Shown: positions 27,801-38,243 of the stretch, piece by piece | How the letters are laid out: every line of letters begins with the position of its first letter | How positions within the stretch are numbered: position 1 is the stretch's first letter | Assembly (NCBI GenBank): GCA_963727625.1 | Contig: CAVSHR010000005.1 | Coordinates: 800,001 to 864,000, forward strand | DNA length: 64,000 nt | DNA from: an uncultured delta proteobacterium | GTDB taxonomy: Bacteria > Desulfobacterota > Binatia > UBA9968 | Direction: 5' to 3' | Notes under the pieces: generated by a model | Databases searched by the model: none | What the model saw: the letters and a program-made list of their open reading frames with translations, nothing else | What the model was told of the DNA's origin: nothing | Position numbers and translations under genes: made by a program

Positions 27801-28775
27801 TTACGGTTTTTTGTAAAGTTTGGCGAAAAAACCCTCGCGGTCGAGCCTGTCTACGATCGTTGTGTCCATGAAAGTACTGAGCGGCGTGTCTTTCTTCCCC
27901 CTGAATTCGAGAATCGTTTGCACGGCTTCCGGGTCGGCCTTGGGAACACGCTCCAAATAAGTCACCGAGTCATTGTAGAAATTGTCGATCATCTTGGCAT
28001 CGGAAAGACGGGAGTACTTGGCGATGATTTTGAGCGACTGTTCTTTGTGCGTGTTCAAAAAAGCAATGCCCTCGGCATAGGCTTTAATCATCCGCTCGAC
28101 CGCATCCGGATTGCGCTGCAAATAGTCGCGGGTCACCGCGATCATGTTCATCGAATAAGGAATGCCAAGATCGACGAGCCGTGTAAGAACCTTCGCCATG
28201 GATCGCGGCGTCACCCGCAATTCGGAGGTGACTGCGCCGGCGATCAAGTGATTCTGAAAGGCAGCGCCGACTTCGATAGTTCCACCCATCTGTCGCACAT
28301 TCACTGCGCCTTCGAGTCCCGCCTTGCGCAATAGAATCCTTGTCAAATTATCCGTGATCGAGCCGAAGCGCGTGACGCCGAGAGTCTTGCCCCTGAGATC
28401 CTCGAGTTTGTTGATGTCCTGCTGAACAAACAGCCGGTGGTAAGGCCGGTTGGCGGTGGCCGCCACGCCGACAATGGACGCGCCGTTCAAAATCGCGTTG
28501 ATCACCGCGTTGCTTGCCGCACTAGCGACCTGAAGATCCCCGCCGATCAGCGCCTGAACTGACACGGGTCCCGAGGCTATATAGATACTATCTGCATCGA
28601 TCCCGTTCTTATCGAACGCGCCGATGTCTTTCGCCATCCAGATACCTGTCCCCATCGGTCCGATCGACGAGTACGCGACCGTCATTTTGGTCTGCGCCTG
28701 CGCCGAAATTTGGCTCTGAATCAGCAACGCAAATAAAATAATTGTCCATCTCGATATTTTCAATGCCAAACCCAT
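27801..28775 (-). CDS. ABC substrate-binding protein (NMT1/SsuA-like)
   Basis: Signal peptide and DLRGKTLGVTRFGS. Clear paralog of 23676-24647. Confidence 0.88.
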   Translation of the reverse strand: MGLALKISRWTIILFALLIQSQISAQAQTKMTVAYSSIGPMGTGIWMAKDIGAFDKNGIDADSIYIASGPVSVQALIGGDLQVASAASNAVINAILNGASIVGVAATANRPYHRLFVQQDINKLEDLRGKTLGVTRFGSITDNLTRILLRKAGLEGAVNVRQMGGTIEVGAAFQNHLIAGAVTSELRVTPRSMAKVLTRLVDLGIPYSMNMIAVTRDYLQRNPDAVERMIKAYAEGIAFLNTHKEQSLKIIAKYSRLSDAKMIDNFYNDSVTYLERVPKADPEAVQTILEFRGKKDTPLSTFMDTTIVDRLDREGFFAKLYKKP

Positions 28776-28790
28776 GAAAAACTCCTTTCG

Positions 28791-31025
28791 TTAAGCCAAA
28801 CGGTTAGTTTCTTGTATAGCCCGCCAAATTTTTTCCGGCGTCAGCGGCAGCGATTTGATGCGCGCGCCGGTGCTCCAAAAGACCGCATTCGCAATGGCGG
28901 GCGCGACCGGAATGATGCCGCCCTCGCCCAAACCCTTGGCGCCGTAGGGTCCCGGCCCGTTGCCGTCTTCAATGAGAATCGATTCGAACTCCTCCGGTAC
29001 ATCGTCAAAGGTCGGCACCTTGTAATCGACAAGAGAGGAATTGATGATCTGCCCGCCGTCCCACTGGTATGCTTCATAAAAAGTATGACCGATTCCCATC
29101 ATCGCCGAACCTTCGTCCTGTCCCTCGCACTGCAGCGGATGGATCGCCTTGCCGGCGTCGGCGGCGGTGACGTATTTTTCGACGTGAACTTTACCCGTCT
29201 CGCGGTCCACAGACACTTCCACTGCGCCGATGCCGATTTCCCAGAACAGCGGATTGGCCGGTGTCGGCGCCATGCCGCTGTGCGCGTACCCGGTGCCGAC
29301 GAGTTCACCGCCCTGATCGGCGAAGTGTTTGTTGATCAATGCGCCGTAGCTAATTTTCTTGCCGCCTGCGATCGCTTCGCCGTCTCGCAGCGTAATCGCC
29401 TCTTCCGGACATTCGAAATGCTCAACGGCAAGTTCGACGATCTGCCGGCGCGCATCGCTGCCGGCCAGCTCAACCGCTTTGCCCATGACCGTAGTCGAAC
29501 GGCTCGACCCGGTCGACCGGTCGAACGGCGTGAACGCGGTATCGATCGGGCGAATCGTCACGCGCTCCAGCGGCACGCGCAACTCTTCGGCGATGATTTG
29601 GCTCATGACGGTCTTCGCGCCCTGGCCGAGCTCGGCGGTTCCGCACATAAAAACCACGCTGCCGTCGGCGAGCACATGCACCGTCGACGTGGACGCCAGG
29701 GGTGCGCCGGGATCGGTGGTGCCAAAGCCCACTCCCCGGCCATGCCCTTCTTTCGAAAGCGGACCGTCCCAACCCAACTTATCGGTGACGAGCCTCAAAC
29801 CCTTGGCCAGATCGGTGTCCAGCGGCCGATATTTCGGCCGCAACTCTTCGCCTTTTCTGACGAGATTTTTTAACCGCAGCTCCACCGGATCGATGCCAAG
29901 CTTCTGCGCAATGATATCCATCTGCGATTCCGTCGCCCAGGCGGTCTGCGGCCCGCCAATGGAGCGAAACGAAGCGGCCGAAACCGTGTTGGTATAAACG
30001 CAGTAAGAGTTAATTTTTAAATTTGGATAACGATAGGGACCGAGGATGCGTGTCAAGGTGCGTCCGGCAACCGTCGGACCGGTTTCCGCGTAGGCGCCGG
30101 TGTTGAGAAAAATCTCGGCTTGTTTCGCCACCAAGGTGCCGTCTTTCTTAACACCAGTTTTGACTTTGCACGTGATCGCGTGGCGGCGGCAAGTCACCAT
30201 CGCCTCGGCGACCGACGTGACCACCCGAACGGGCCGCTGTGCTTTATGCGCCAGCGCCGCCACCAAGGGCTCAATTTTAGCCCCGGACTTACTGCCATAG
30301 GCGCCCCCGACGAAATTTACGTGAACGCGGACTTTGGATAACGGCGCGTGAAACACTTGCGCGACATCCTGGCGCACGCCGAACGGCTGGCTGGTCGACG
30401 TCCAGATCGTGATGCCATCGCCATCGACCTGGGCGATCGCCGTGTGCGGCTCCATCGAATAGTGATAAATCATTGGGAAGTCGAACTCGTCTTCGACAAT
30501 CACGTCCGACTCGGCGAAACCTGTTTCAACATCGCCCTTGACCAGCTCGTGATGCGCGCAGACATTACGCGCCGCAAAATCATGCAAGCGTGGCGCGCCG
30601 TCGGCCATCGCCTCTTCGACACTGATCACCGCCGGCAATTCTTCGTACTCGACGGCAATTTTCTCCAGGGCCGCTTCCGCCGTCGCCCGATCGATCGCCG
30701 CCACCGCGGCCACCGGCTGGCCGGCATAGATCGCTCGCGCCACTGCGATGATCGGCTGGTCCTTATTTTTGCCGCGTCCGGCAAAGGGGCTGATGTCGGT
30801 AAAGTCTTTGCTCGTCAACACCGCGACGACGCCGGGCATCGCCTCGGCTTGTTTTATATCAATGGACAAAATGCGCGCGTGGGCGTAGGGGCTGCGCAAA
30901 AACTTACCCTCGAGCATTCCGGGAACGATCAGATCGCCTGTGTACTTCGCTTTGCCCGTGACCTTGTCGACTCCATCGACTCGCGGCACCGATTGTCCGA
31001 CAATGGAGAAATTACGCGAATTCAT
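28791..31025 (-). CDS. Xanthine dehydrogenase/aldehyde oxidase family molybdopterin-binding subunit
   Basis: KVTGKAKY, MEPH, VGGAYGSK, FRSIGGPQ, ELGQG, GAKGLGEGG and LPLTPEK. Confidence 0.93.
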   Translation of the reverse strand: MNSRNFSIVGQSVPRVDGVDKVTGKAKYTGDLIVPGMLEGKFLRSPYAHARILSIDIKQAEAMPGVVAVLTSKDFTDISPFAGRGKNKDQPIIAVARAIYAGQPVAAVAAIDRATAEAALEKIAVEYEELPAVISVEEAMADGAPRLHDFAARNVCAHHELVKGDVETGFAESDVIVEDEFDFPMIYHYSMEPHTAIAQVDGDGITIWTSTSQPFGVRQDVAQVFHAPLSKVRVHVNFVGGAYGSKSGAKIEPLVAALAHKAQRPVRVVTSVAEAMVTCRRHAITCKVKTGVKKDGTLVAKQAEIFLNTGAYAETGPTVAGRTLTRILGPYRYPNLKINSYCVYTNTVSAASFRSIGGPQTAWATESQMDIIAQKLGIDPVELRLKNLVRKGEELRPKYRPLDTDLAKGLRLVTDKLGWDGPLSKEGHGRGVGFGTTDPGAPLASTSTVHVLADGSVVFMCGTAELGQGAKTVMSQIIAEELRVPLERVTIRPIDTAFTPFDRSTGSSRSTTVMGKAVELAGSDARRQIVELAVEHFECPEEAITLRDGEAIAGGKKISYGALINKHFADQGGELVGTGYAHSGMAPTPANPLFWEIGIGAVEVSVDRETGKVHVEKYVTAADAGKAIHPLQCEGQDEGSAMMGIGHTFYEAYQWDGGQIINSSLVDYKVPTFDDVPEEFESILIEDGNGPGPYGAKGLGEGGIIPVAPAIANAVFWSTGARIKSLPLTPEKIWRAIQETNRLA

Positions 31026-31107
31026 GCTCAGTGTGCTCCGGACTCCGGTCGAATTAACTCAGTCCAATCCCAGTCGCTCTTTATCGCTGAGGCGCCGACA
31101 GCGGCCA

Positions 31108-32136
31108 CTAATTTGTGTCGGGGTTCTTCGCCGCGACGATTCGCGAAAGATCTTTTACTCGCCGCGCCAAATTGGGCAGATTGACGATTTGCGCATAGGT
31201 TTTTTTAAATTCCGACATCGGCCGCGCCGGGGTGCCCCAGATCCGGCTGCCGCGCCGGATGATTTTACCGCTTGGAATACCGGCTTGGGCGCCAATCACA
31301 ACCTGATCTTCGATCTTCACTTTATCGCCGATTCCCACTTGCCCGCCGATGACAACGTAATTGCCGATCTCGACGCTCCCCGAGATCCCGGTTTGCGCCG
31401 CAACCACACAGTGCTTGCCGATGCGCACGTTATGCGCGATCTGCACGAGATTGTCGATTTTCGTCCCCCGGCCGATCAAGGTCGTGCCAAGCGAGCCGCG
31501 ATCGATCGTACTGTTGCTGCCGATCTCGACGTCGTCTTCGATAACCACATTGCCCAACTGGGGAAATTTTTGGTGCCGGCCTTCGGCGAATACATAGCCG
31601 AACCCATCGGAACCGATGACGACACCCGAATGCAAGATAACCCGATTGCCGATTCGAACATCGGAATAAATATGAACGCCGGAGTGAAGCACGCATTCCT
31701 CGCCGATCTCCACCCCCCGCCCAATAACCGCTCCCGCGTTGATACACGAGCGCGCGCCGATCTTGGCATCCGCGTCGATCATGACGCCGGGACCGACGCT
31801 GACGCCCTCCGCCAGTTGCGCCCTGGGGTCGATCGTCGCTCTGGGATGCACCGCTTTGTGGACTGGAGGCGGCGGCAGGATCGCAGCAGCGGCGCGTACG
31901 AGGGCGAGTTTGGGATCGGCAACTGCAATTGTCGTGCACTCTTGCAACGAAAATCCTGCGGGTATCAAGATACAGCCCGCCGTCGAATTTGCAGCGCGCT
32001 CGACCGCGCGCGCCCCATCGGCAAAAGCAAGATCTGCCAAGGAGGCCGTGTCCAGGGCGGCAATTCCCGTGATCTCGCGATCGCCGTCTCCTTGCACTGT
32101 TCCGCCGATAAGTTTTGCGATCGCTTCGACTCTCAA
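31108..32136 (-). CDS. lpxD: UDP-3-O-(3-hydroxyacyl)glucosamine N-acyltransferase
   Basis: Hexapeptide repeats, [13 protein letters not shown] and [15 protein letters not shown] start with GGAGG RBS. Confidence 0.93.
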   Translation of the reverse strand: MRVEAIAKLIGGTVQGDGDREITGIAALDTASLADLAFADGARAVERAANSTAGCILIPAGFSLQECTTIAVADPKLALVRAAAAILPPPPVHKAVHPRATIDPRAQLAEGVSVGPGVMIDADAKIGARSCINAGAVIGRGVEIGEECVLHSGVHIYSDVRIGNRVILHSGVVIGSDGFGYVFAEGRHQKFPQLGNVVIEDDVEIGSNSTIDRGSLGTTLIGRGTKIDNLVQIAHNVRIGKHCVVAAQTGISGSVEIGNYVVIGGQVGIGDKVKIEDQVVIGAQAGIPSGKIIRRGSRIWGTPARPMSEFKKTYAQIVNLPNLARRVKDLSRIVAAKNPDTN

Positions 32137-32421
32137 TCAACCTCCTTGATGGTTCCGGCGCGGCTTGCTCATGGAAGATTCGCCAGCTCGGAACCATGCC
32201 GGGTTCCCGCGTGGGATCTTCGCCGTCCACGGCCGACCATAACCCAAGCTGAAAGTTCAGACAACACGATTGAGGTCCTTCACGCTAGATGTACTTCTTG
32301 CCGACAACACAGCGCTTTTCAACCATCGATACCGCCAACGTTCCAACCGACCGCCCGCGGGGAATAATGCATTGACAGCAAAGGCACTGGGCGGTTAGTT
32401 TCATCGCAAACGAGTATAACG

Positions 32422-33525
32422 ATGGATGCGCCGACGAGCTACCTTTTTGCCGCCGAGTATTTGCGAAATTATTGCACCGAAGTCTTTCTTCACTTCGGTG
32501 TACCCCGGGGCGACGCTGAACAGGCTAGTGAAGTTTTGGCCAAAAGCGACCTGCGCGGCATCGACTCCCACGGAGTGGCGCGCCTGCACACTTACTTTGA
32601 AATGCTCGAGTTGGGCCGGATCAATCCTAAACCAAAAATCCGCGTCATCCGTGAAAAAGCCAGCGTCGCGACCGTCGACGGCGACAACGGGCTCGGTCTT
32701 GTCGTCGGACCGAAGGCCAACGAGATCGCCATGGACAAAGCCGAGCAGCATGGCTCGGGCTGGGTCAGTGTTTGCAATACAAATCATTTCGGCATCGCCG
32801 GCTACTATCCGTTGAAAGCCCTGGAAAAAGATCTGATCGGCTGGGCGATGACGAACACGACTAAACTCGTCGCGCCGCTGTGGGGCGCGGAGCGCATGCT
32901 CGGCACCAATCCCATCGCCATCGCCTTTCCCGGCTATAAAGAACCCCCCATCGTCATCGACATGGCCACCAGCGCCGTCGCTTACGGCAAGATCGAAATC
33001 GCCCTGCGCAAGAAAGAACCCGTGCCGAAAGGTTGGATCGTCGACAAGCACGGCCGCGACACCACTGATCCCATGGAGATGATCGATCGCGGGGCGCAAT
33101 TGCCGTTGGGCTCCGACCGCGAAATGGGCGGCCACAAAGGCTACGGCCTGGCCTCGATGGTGGATATCCTCTGCTGCGTTTTGAGCGGCGCAAACTGGGG
33201 CCCCTTCGCCCCGCCCTTCGCGCTGCGCCAGGAAATTCCCGAGCGCAGCGTCGGCAAAGGCATCGGCCATTTCTTCGGCGCGATGCAGATCGACGGCTTC
33301 ATCGACAAAGACGAGTTCAAAAAACAGATCGACGAATGGATCAAAGTCTTCCGCAACACCAAGCCCGCGCCCGGTACGAGCGGCCCGCTCATCCCCGGCG
33401 ACCCCGAGCGCGAAGCCGAGGCGATCAGAAGCAACGAAGGAATCCCGCTGCTGAAACCTGTGGTGGATGACTTGCTGGATATTTCGAGGAAGACGGGAAT
33501 TCCGTTTGATTCAATTCCGCAATAG
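32422..33525 (+). CDS. Ldh_2 (type-2 malate/L-lactate/sulfolactate dehydrogenase) family oxidoreductase
   Basis: DLRGIDSHG, NHFGIAG, GTNPIA, DMATS, GHKGYGL and IPGDPE. Confidence 0.93.
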   Translation: MDAPTSYLFAAEYLRNYCTEVFLHFGVPRGDAEQASEVLAKSDLRGIDSHGVARLHTYFEMLELGRINPKPKIRVIREKASVATVDGDNGLGLVVGPKANEIAMDKAEQHGSGWVSVCNTNHFGIAGYYPLKALEKDLIGWAMTNTTKLVAPLWGAERMLGTNPIAIAFPGYKEPPIVIDMATSAVAYGKIEIALRKKEPVPKGWIVDKHGRDTTDPMEMIDRGAQLPLGSDREMGGHKGYGLASMVDILCCVLSGANWGPFAPPFALRQEIPERSVGKGIGHFFGAMQIDGFIDKDEFKKQIDEWIKVFRNTKPAPGTSGPLIPGDPEREAEAIRSNEGIPLLKPVVDDLLDISRKTGIPFDSIPQ

Positions 33526-33628
33526 TGAACCGAAGTCTTGAATGCCTGGGCATCCCTTCCGATTGGTGAGAATGATCGTAAGAAAGAAATGATTTAGCTT
33601 GCTGCATAGACGCTATTGATGTCGGTGA

Positions 33629-34519
33629 TCATCGCTCGGCAACCGCTTTAGCCACTCGCACACCGATCTCAAAGGCTCTGTCCAGATGAAACTCTGCGAA
33701 GTCTTGATCGCGCAGCACAGGTCTCAGCTCAGGCTCCAGTTGCCGGCGCAATGCATCCAGCCGCGTTTTGCTGACGTCGACAGGATCATTGCCCGGGACC
33801 GCCAACTTTTGTCCTACCTGATCGATGAATTCGGCATTATTAGGCCGAAGCCCGCCCTTGCGAACAGCATAGTCGATGTCGAAGAAATCCCGGATAGCCG
33901 GGTCGCGGCGTGACAAAGCCGCGCGAAACTTTTCCGCCATGGCTTCGGTCTTATCGATGCTGCGCACCTGAAGTGGCATGACCATCGGTCTATTGGTTAG
34001 CGGATTCCGCAGGACCGTATGTGCCGTGGCCTCGATCGCGGGCGCCAACAACGGTTCCCGTAAGCTTACTTCGATCTTGATCGTCTCTTGTTGTTGACCG
34101 AGCATTGAATCGTATCCAATGACCGCCAGATATTGCGTCGACCGGATTGCACCCTTCAATGTTTCGATCAGGCGAAATACGGGGACCGCTCTGTTTAAAT
34201 TGCTCGAAGCGGACTTCACCTGCTCTGCCCGTCTACTGCGTTCGCTCCGGGAAGTGTCCGCCGGGACCGGTCTAGTATAATCCAAGTCCTCGCTCAGGCG
34301 GTAAAGCTCCGAGTGAACCTTGGTCAGGCAGGTCCCGCCTTTGAAAACCAGGTCACTGCCGGCTGATGCGGACAAATAAGCGAGAAGCAAGGTACAAAAG
34401 TAATTTTTTTCAATCAGCCGCGGCACAAATCCGCTCACCGCGGCGGTGAATTGCACAGCTTCGCGGAACAGCGCAGCATCTTCGTGAGCATTGATGGCAG
34501 GTGATTCAGCTCTGCTCAT
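33629..34519 (-). CDS. Type IV TA toxin, AbiEii nucleotidyltransferase
   Basis: LIEKNY, FKGGTCL, RLSEDLD, AEKFRA and RDFFD. Overlaps the upstream antitoxin gene. Confidence 0.88.
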   Translation of the reverse strand: MSRAESPAINAHEDAALFREAVQFTAAVSGFVPRLIEKNYFCTLLLAYLSASAGSDLVFKGGTCLTKVHSELYRLSEDLDYTRPVPADTSRSERSRRAEQVKSASSNLNRAVPVFRLIETLKGAIRSTQYLAVIGYDSMLGQQQETIKIEVSLREPLLAPAIEATAHTVLRNPLTNRPMVMPLQVRSIDKTEAMAEKFRAALSRRDPAIRDFFDIDYAVRKGGLRPNNAEFIDQVGQKLAVPGNDPVDVSKTRLDALRRQLEPELRPVLRDQDFAEFHLDRAFEIGVRVAKAVAER

Positions 34520-35306
34520 TGATGACCACGCCCCAGCGGCGGTTGACCGTGCCTCGTTTCGGTTTGGTGGAAATCCAGGGTATCAGGCTGGAACTCTTCG
34601 GCAGTGCCTTTTCGAGATTCTTTAGCAACGGACTCGCGACGCCCTCCCGTTCCAGCAGCGCGCCCATTCGCCGTATCGTGCCGATATCACCGTACTTCAA
34701 CGTCACGGCGACCAACTCAGCCGGCATTACCCGATTCGCTTTCAGTGCTTTGCGTATCCAATCATAGGCTCGCGGCAGTGTGTTGAATCGCGACCAGTCA
34801 TAAACAGCGTCGAGCAACGTGCGAGGAAGGGATGAAAAAATCGCTTTTGCACCCTCCGCCGTTTCCACTATTTCCGTATCGCCCAACCTTTTGTCCGCCA
34901 CCTCAATCAGAGTAAGTGCAACAGCACCGATTTTGCGGTCACCAGAGATTCGATTATTGTATGCGTAAACACGCGTTGGGACCTGCTCATCGAATCCGTA
35001 ACGGTTGAACGCGTTGGGGCCGCATATCTGGTATTTAGCCTTGCTGTCTTCCATCAGCGTATTCAGGGCCAGAGTCTCGTCAGGACTCCATAAACCTCCG
35101 AGCGGGAGTAGTGCCGGCACTAGATATAGACCTGGACGTACCCGGGCGATCAAACCACCGCGCGACATGCGGCGAAAGAGTTCTCGCTCCTGCTCGCGAG
35201 TGATTTTCAGCGGCCCCGTTAACTCACCGGTCCGCACCGTACGCAGTTTGCGGAGTTGAAGGTAGGCCAGTAGCTGCGTCTCCTGCTGCCCAAGGTTCTT
35301 TTTCAT
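34506..35306 (-). CDS. Type IV TA antitoxin, AbiEi-like transcriptional regulator
   Basis: wHTH-like N-terminus (GLIARVRPGLY), AFNRYGFDEQVP, RTLLD and C-terminal RWGVVIN. Coupled to AbiEii. Confidence 0.85.
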   Translation of the reverse strand: MKKNLGQQETQLLAYLQLRKLRTVRTGELTGPLKITREQERELFRRMSRGGLIARVRPGLYLVPALLPLGGLWSPDETLALNTLMEDSKAKYQICGPNAFNRYGFDEQVPTRVYAYNNRISGDRKIGAVALTLIEVADKRLGDTEIVETAEGAKAIFSSLPRTLLDAVYDWSRFNTLPRAYDWIRKALKANRVMPAELVAVTLKYGDIGTIRRMGALLEREGVASPLLKNLEKALPKSSSLIPWISTKPKRGTVNRRWGVVINEQS

Positions 35307-35388
35307 CGTTGTATTATATTTCTTATCGATGGTTTATAAAGCCATCTAAAGGAAATCGTGTACTACAGCTCTGCGGGCAAAGATCGCA

Positions 35389-35667
35389 CGCAGCGTCGGC
35401 AAAGGTATCGGTCATTTCTTTGGCGCCATGCAGATCGACGGCTTCATCGATAAAAACGAATTCAAGAAACAGATCGACGAATGGATTCACGTTTTCCGCA
35501 ACACCAAACCCGCTCCCGGCACTAACGGCCCGCTGATTCCCGGCGATCCGGAGCGAAAAGTGGAGGCGACCCGAAGCAAGGAAGGAATTCCGCTGCTGAA
35601 ACCGGTGGTCGATGCCTTGCTGGATATTTCAAAAAAAACCGGAGTGCCGTTTGAAGCTGAACCGTGA
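35389..35667 (+). pseudogene. Diverged duplicate of the 3' end of the Ldh_2 gene (direct repeat of 33244-33525)
   Basis: Translates RSVGKGIGHFFGAMQIDGFIDK...KTGVPF, nearly the same as the Ldh_2 C-terminus. The 5' part is missing. Confidence 0.9.
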
Positions 35668-35827
35668 CCGCATTTAACCGAGCGATGTACACCTTGTCAC
35701 TCAACCTATGGAAATTTACAGTTGAGATTTTCACGAAGCTCCCCGACGATTGACACCCTCGCCGGTTCAGCGATAAATCTCCGGTCAGAAAATAGCTTGT
35801 TTAAATTTCCTAAAACAGGGAGCGGCC

Positions 35828-37099
35828 GTGTTAAGCAAAGAAGACAACGAGTTCGCGTGTCGTGTCGGGCCGGGAACGCCCATGGGCGAGCTGTTTCGGC
35901 GCTTCTGGCTGCCCGCGATGCTGCCCGACGAGTTGCCCAAGGCGGATTGCCCACCCGTGCGCCTGCGATTACTCGGTGAGGACCTGGTCGCCTTTCGGGA
36001 CTCAAATGGCGAAATCGGCGTCGTCGAAGCGCACTGCCCCCACCGTGGCGCCTCGCTCTACTTCGGGCGCAACGAGGAGTGCGGCATTCGCTGCGTCTAC
36101 CATGGTTGGAAATTTGACGTCGCCGGCAACTGCGTCGACATGCCGTCCGAACCCGCCGAGAGCAACTTCAAAGACAAGATCCACATCACGGCTTACCCGA
36201 CTGCTCTCCACGGCGGCCTGATCTGGGTTTACATGGGGCCGAGACATCTCCGCGCCGAGCTGCCCCAATTGGAGTGGACCCGAGTTCCCGATAGCCACCG
36301 CTCGGTGTCGAAGTGGTACCAGGAGACCAACTACCTCCAGGGCTATGAGGGCGACATCGACAGCTCCCACGCATCATTCTTACACACGTATCTGGACCCG
36401 GCGGCTGCGCCGAGCAACGACGGCAGCGCCATCGATCCAAGACTCAAAACGCTGGACCGGGCGCCTAAGATTATAGTGAACGACACCGAGTACGGTTTCC
36501 GCTACGGCGCCCGCCGCACCATCGGCGAGGGAACCTACAATTGGCGCGTGACCCAAGCTCTGCTGCCGACCTATAGCCTCATCCCCTTCATCCGCTTCCC
36601 GGCCGGCGGACGAGCCTGGATTCCGGTCGACGACCATCGCATCATGACCTTCTACATTTCGTACCACCCCGATCGGCCGCTGGTCGACCAGGACCTCGCG
36701 ATGCGCCGCACCGGTCGCGCGTTCCCTCCCGAGTTGATCCCCGGCACGTTCGTCCCGAAGCGCAACATGGCGAACGATTACCAGCTCGATCGCGAGATCC
36801 AGCGCACCACCAGCTACACCGGCATCTGGGGCGTCAACGACCAGGATCGTGCGATACAAGAAAGCATGGGCCCGATCTATGACCGCCGCAAGGAGCACCT
36901 CGGCACCAGTGACCAAGCAATCATCACGGCACGGAAGCGGCTGCTGAACCTGGCCCGCGACCTCCAGCAAGGCATCGAGCCCTTCCCCGCGTCTCACGGC
37001 GACATCTACCGCGTGCGCGCCATGGATGTGAACACGGCCGTCGACAACTTCGACGCCGTGATCGCCAGCCACGGGAGCGGCTTGGTCGCCAAGGTGTAG
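35828..37099 (+). CDS. Rieske aromatic ring-hydroxylating oxygenase (phthalate 4,5-dioxygenase-like)
   Basis: CPHRGA...CVYHGW Rieske motif, DSSHASFLH iron site, QDRAIQESMG and EHLGTSD. Confidence 0.92.
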   Translation: MLSKEDNEFACRVGPGTPMGELFRRFWLPAMLPDELPKADCPPVRLRLLGEDLVAFRDSNGEIGVVEAHCPHRGASLYFGRNEECGIRCVYHGWKFDVAGNCVDMPSEPAESNFKDKIHITAYPTALHGGLIWVYMGPRHLRAELPQLEWTRVPDSHRSVSKWYQETNYLQGYEGDIDSSHASFLHTYLDPAAAPSNDGSAIDPRLKTLDRAPKIIVNDTEYGFRYGARRTIGEGTYNWRVTQALLPTYSLIPFIRFPAGGRAWIPVDDHRIMTFYISYHPDRPLVDQDLAMRRTGRAFPPELIPGTFVPKRNMANDYQLDREIQRTTSYTGIWGVNDQDRAIQESMGPIYDRRKEHLGTSDQAIITARKRLLNLARDLQQGIEPFPASHGDIYRVRAMDVNTAVDNFDAVIASHGSGLVAKV

Positions 37100-37245
37100 G
37101 GTTGGCCACCTAGACGAGTCGCGGCAAAAGGGGACGATCGTCAAGTCTTGAGAGAACCACCCCGATAGACAGTACATTTTATCGGTTGTGGTGACAGCGA
37201 AAATTCGAGATACTGGGCCTAGACCGAGCTAAGCCGGAGCCTGAT

Positions 37246-37476
37246 ATGAAATTTAATCGAATCACCGTTAATCCAAAACAGATGGATGGCGTCCCTTGCA
37301 TTCGAGCGCTGCGGATTCCCGTTGCGACGGTGGTCGGTATGATCGCCGAGGGTATGTCGAAGGAAGAAATTCTAAAAGCCTATCCTGATCTGGAACCCGA
37401 CGATATCCGCGAAGCCCTCTTCTTCGCGGCAGAGGCTTTACGGGAACGTGGACTTCCTTTCGTCGACATCCGGTGA
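37246..37476 (+). CDS. DUF433 antitoxin
   Basis: RITVNPKQMDGVPCIRALRIPV...YPDLEPDDIREAL. Confidence 0.92.
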   Translation: MKFNRITVNPKQMDGVPCIRALRIPVATVVGMIAEGMSKEEILKAYPDLEPDDIREALFFAAEALRERGLPFVDIR

Positions 37477-37856
37477 AGTTCTTGATCGATAACTCATTGT
37501 CGCCGCTATTATCAGAGGCGCTACAAACGGCCGATCACGACTCCGTCCATGTGAGAGATTATGGTCTGCAGAAATCCGAGGACGAGGTTATCTTTGACCG
37601 AGCGGCGAACGAGGATCGCGTCGTCGTTTCAACTGACACGGACTTCGGAACGATACTGGTCAACAGGCAGGCGACAAAACCGTCGGTGATTTTATTCAGA
37701 GGCGAATCGCCGCACCGTCCGGAGCTGCAAGCTGCGTTGCTGCTTGCGAATCTCACCAATTTAGAAGAACTGCTCGACCGAGGAAGCATCGTAATCTTCG
37801 AAGCAAGACGATTGCGCGTTCGAAGCCTACCGATCCTTCAGACCGGCAGATCCTGA
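37473..37856 (+). CDS. DUF5615/VapC45-like PIN toxin
   Basis: MKFLIDNSLS, HDSVHV and DRVVVSTDTDFG. GTGA overlap with DUF433. Confidence 0.9.
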   Translation: MKFLIDNSLSPLLSEALQTADHDSVHVRDYGLQKSEDEVIFDRAANEDRVVVSTDTDFGTILVNRQATKPSVILFRGESPHRPELQAALLLANLTNLEELLDRGSIVIFEARRLRVRSLPILQTGRS

Positions 37857-38243
37857 GATTGTTACAGCGTGTCTAGAACTTGGCCTGAATGGGCGCCAAC
37901 ACGGAGAGAAAGCCGACGCGAGCCGGAAGTTTCTCTGCTACGTAGCCCAATACCAATAGGCAAGTGAGCATGACGGCGCTAGCGATTTTTCTCAAGGTCA
38001 ACGAGTCGTGGACGAACCGTGGCGGGCGAGCCAGAGAAGAAACAACCGAGAACAATAGTAAAGATTTCAAAGAACAGCCCCAATCCCTCACTCTTGGCTC
38101 TGCTTACACGTGGTTTTTCGCCTCTAAAAAGCCGGCTCTAAGCGCTTAAACGATGCTTCTTGCGCTATCTCAGCTTGTCAAATCAAGATGTTGCGCTGGT
38201 CCGAGGGAATGAAACCCGAGGGAATGAAGAGAGACCGGGTGCG

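Noticed and set aside
30940-32367. 475-aa plus-strand ORF and other long antisense ORFs (14684, 21729, 28812, 38832)
   Set aside because: These are shadows opposite clear genes in GC-rich DNA and have no motifs.
35428-35667. 79-aa ORF as a real small protein
   Set aside because: It is the displaced Ldh_2 3' end, with an internal Met and no RBS.
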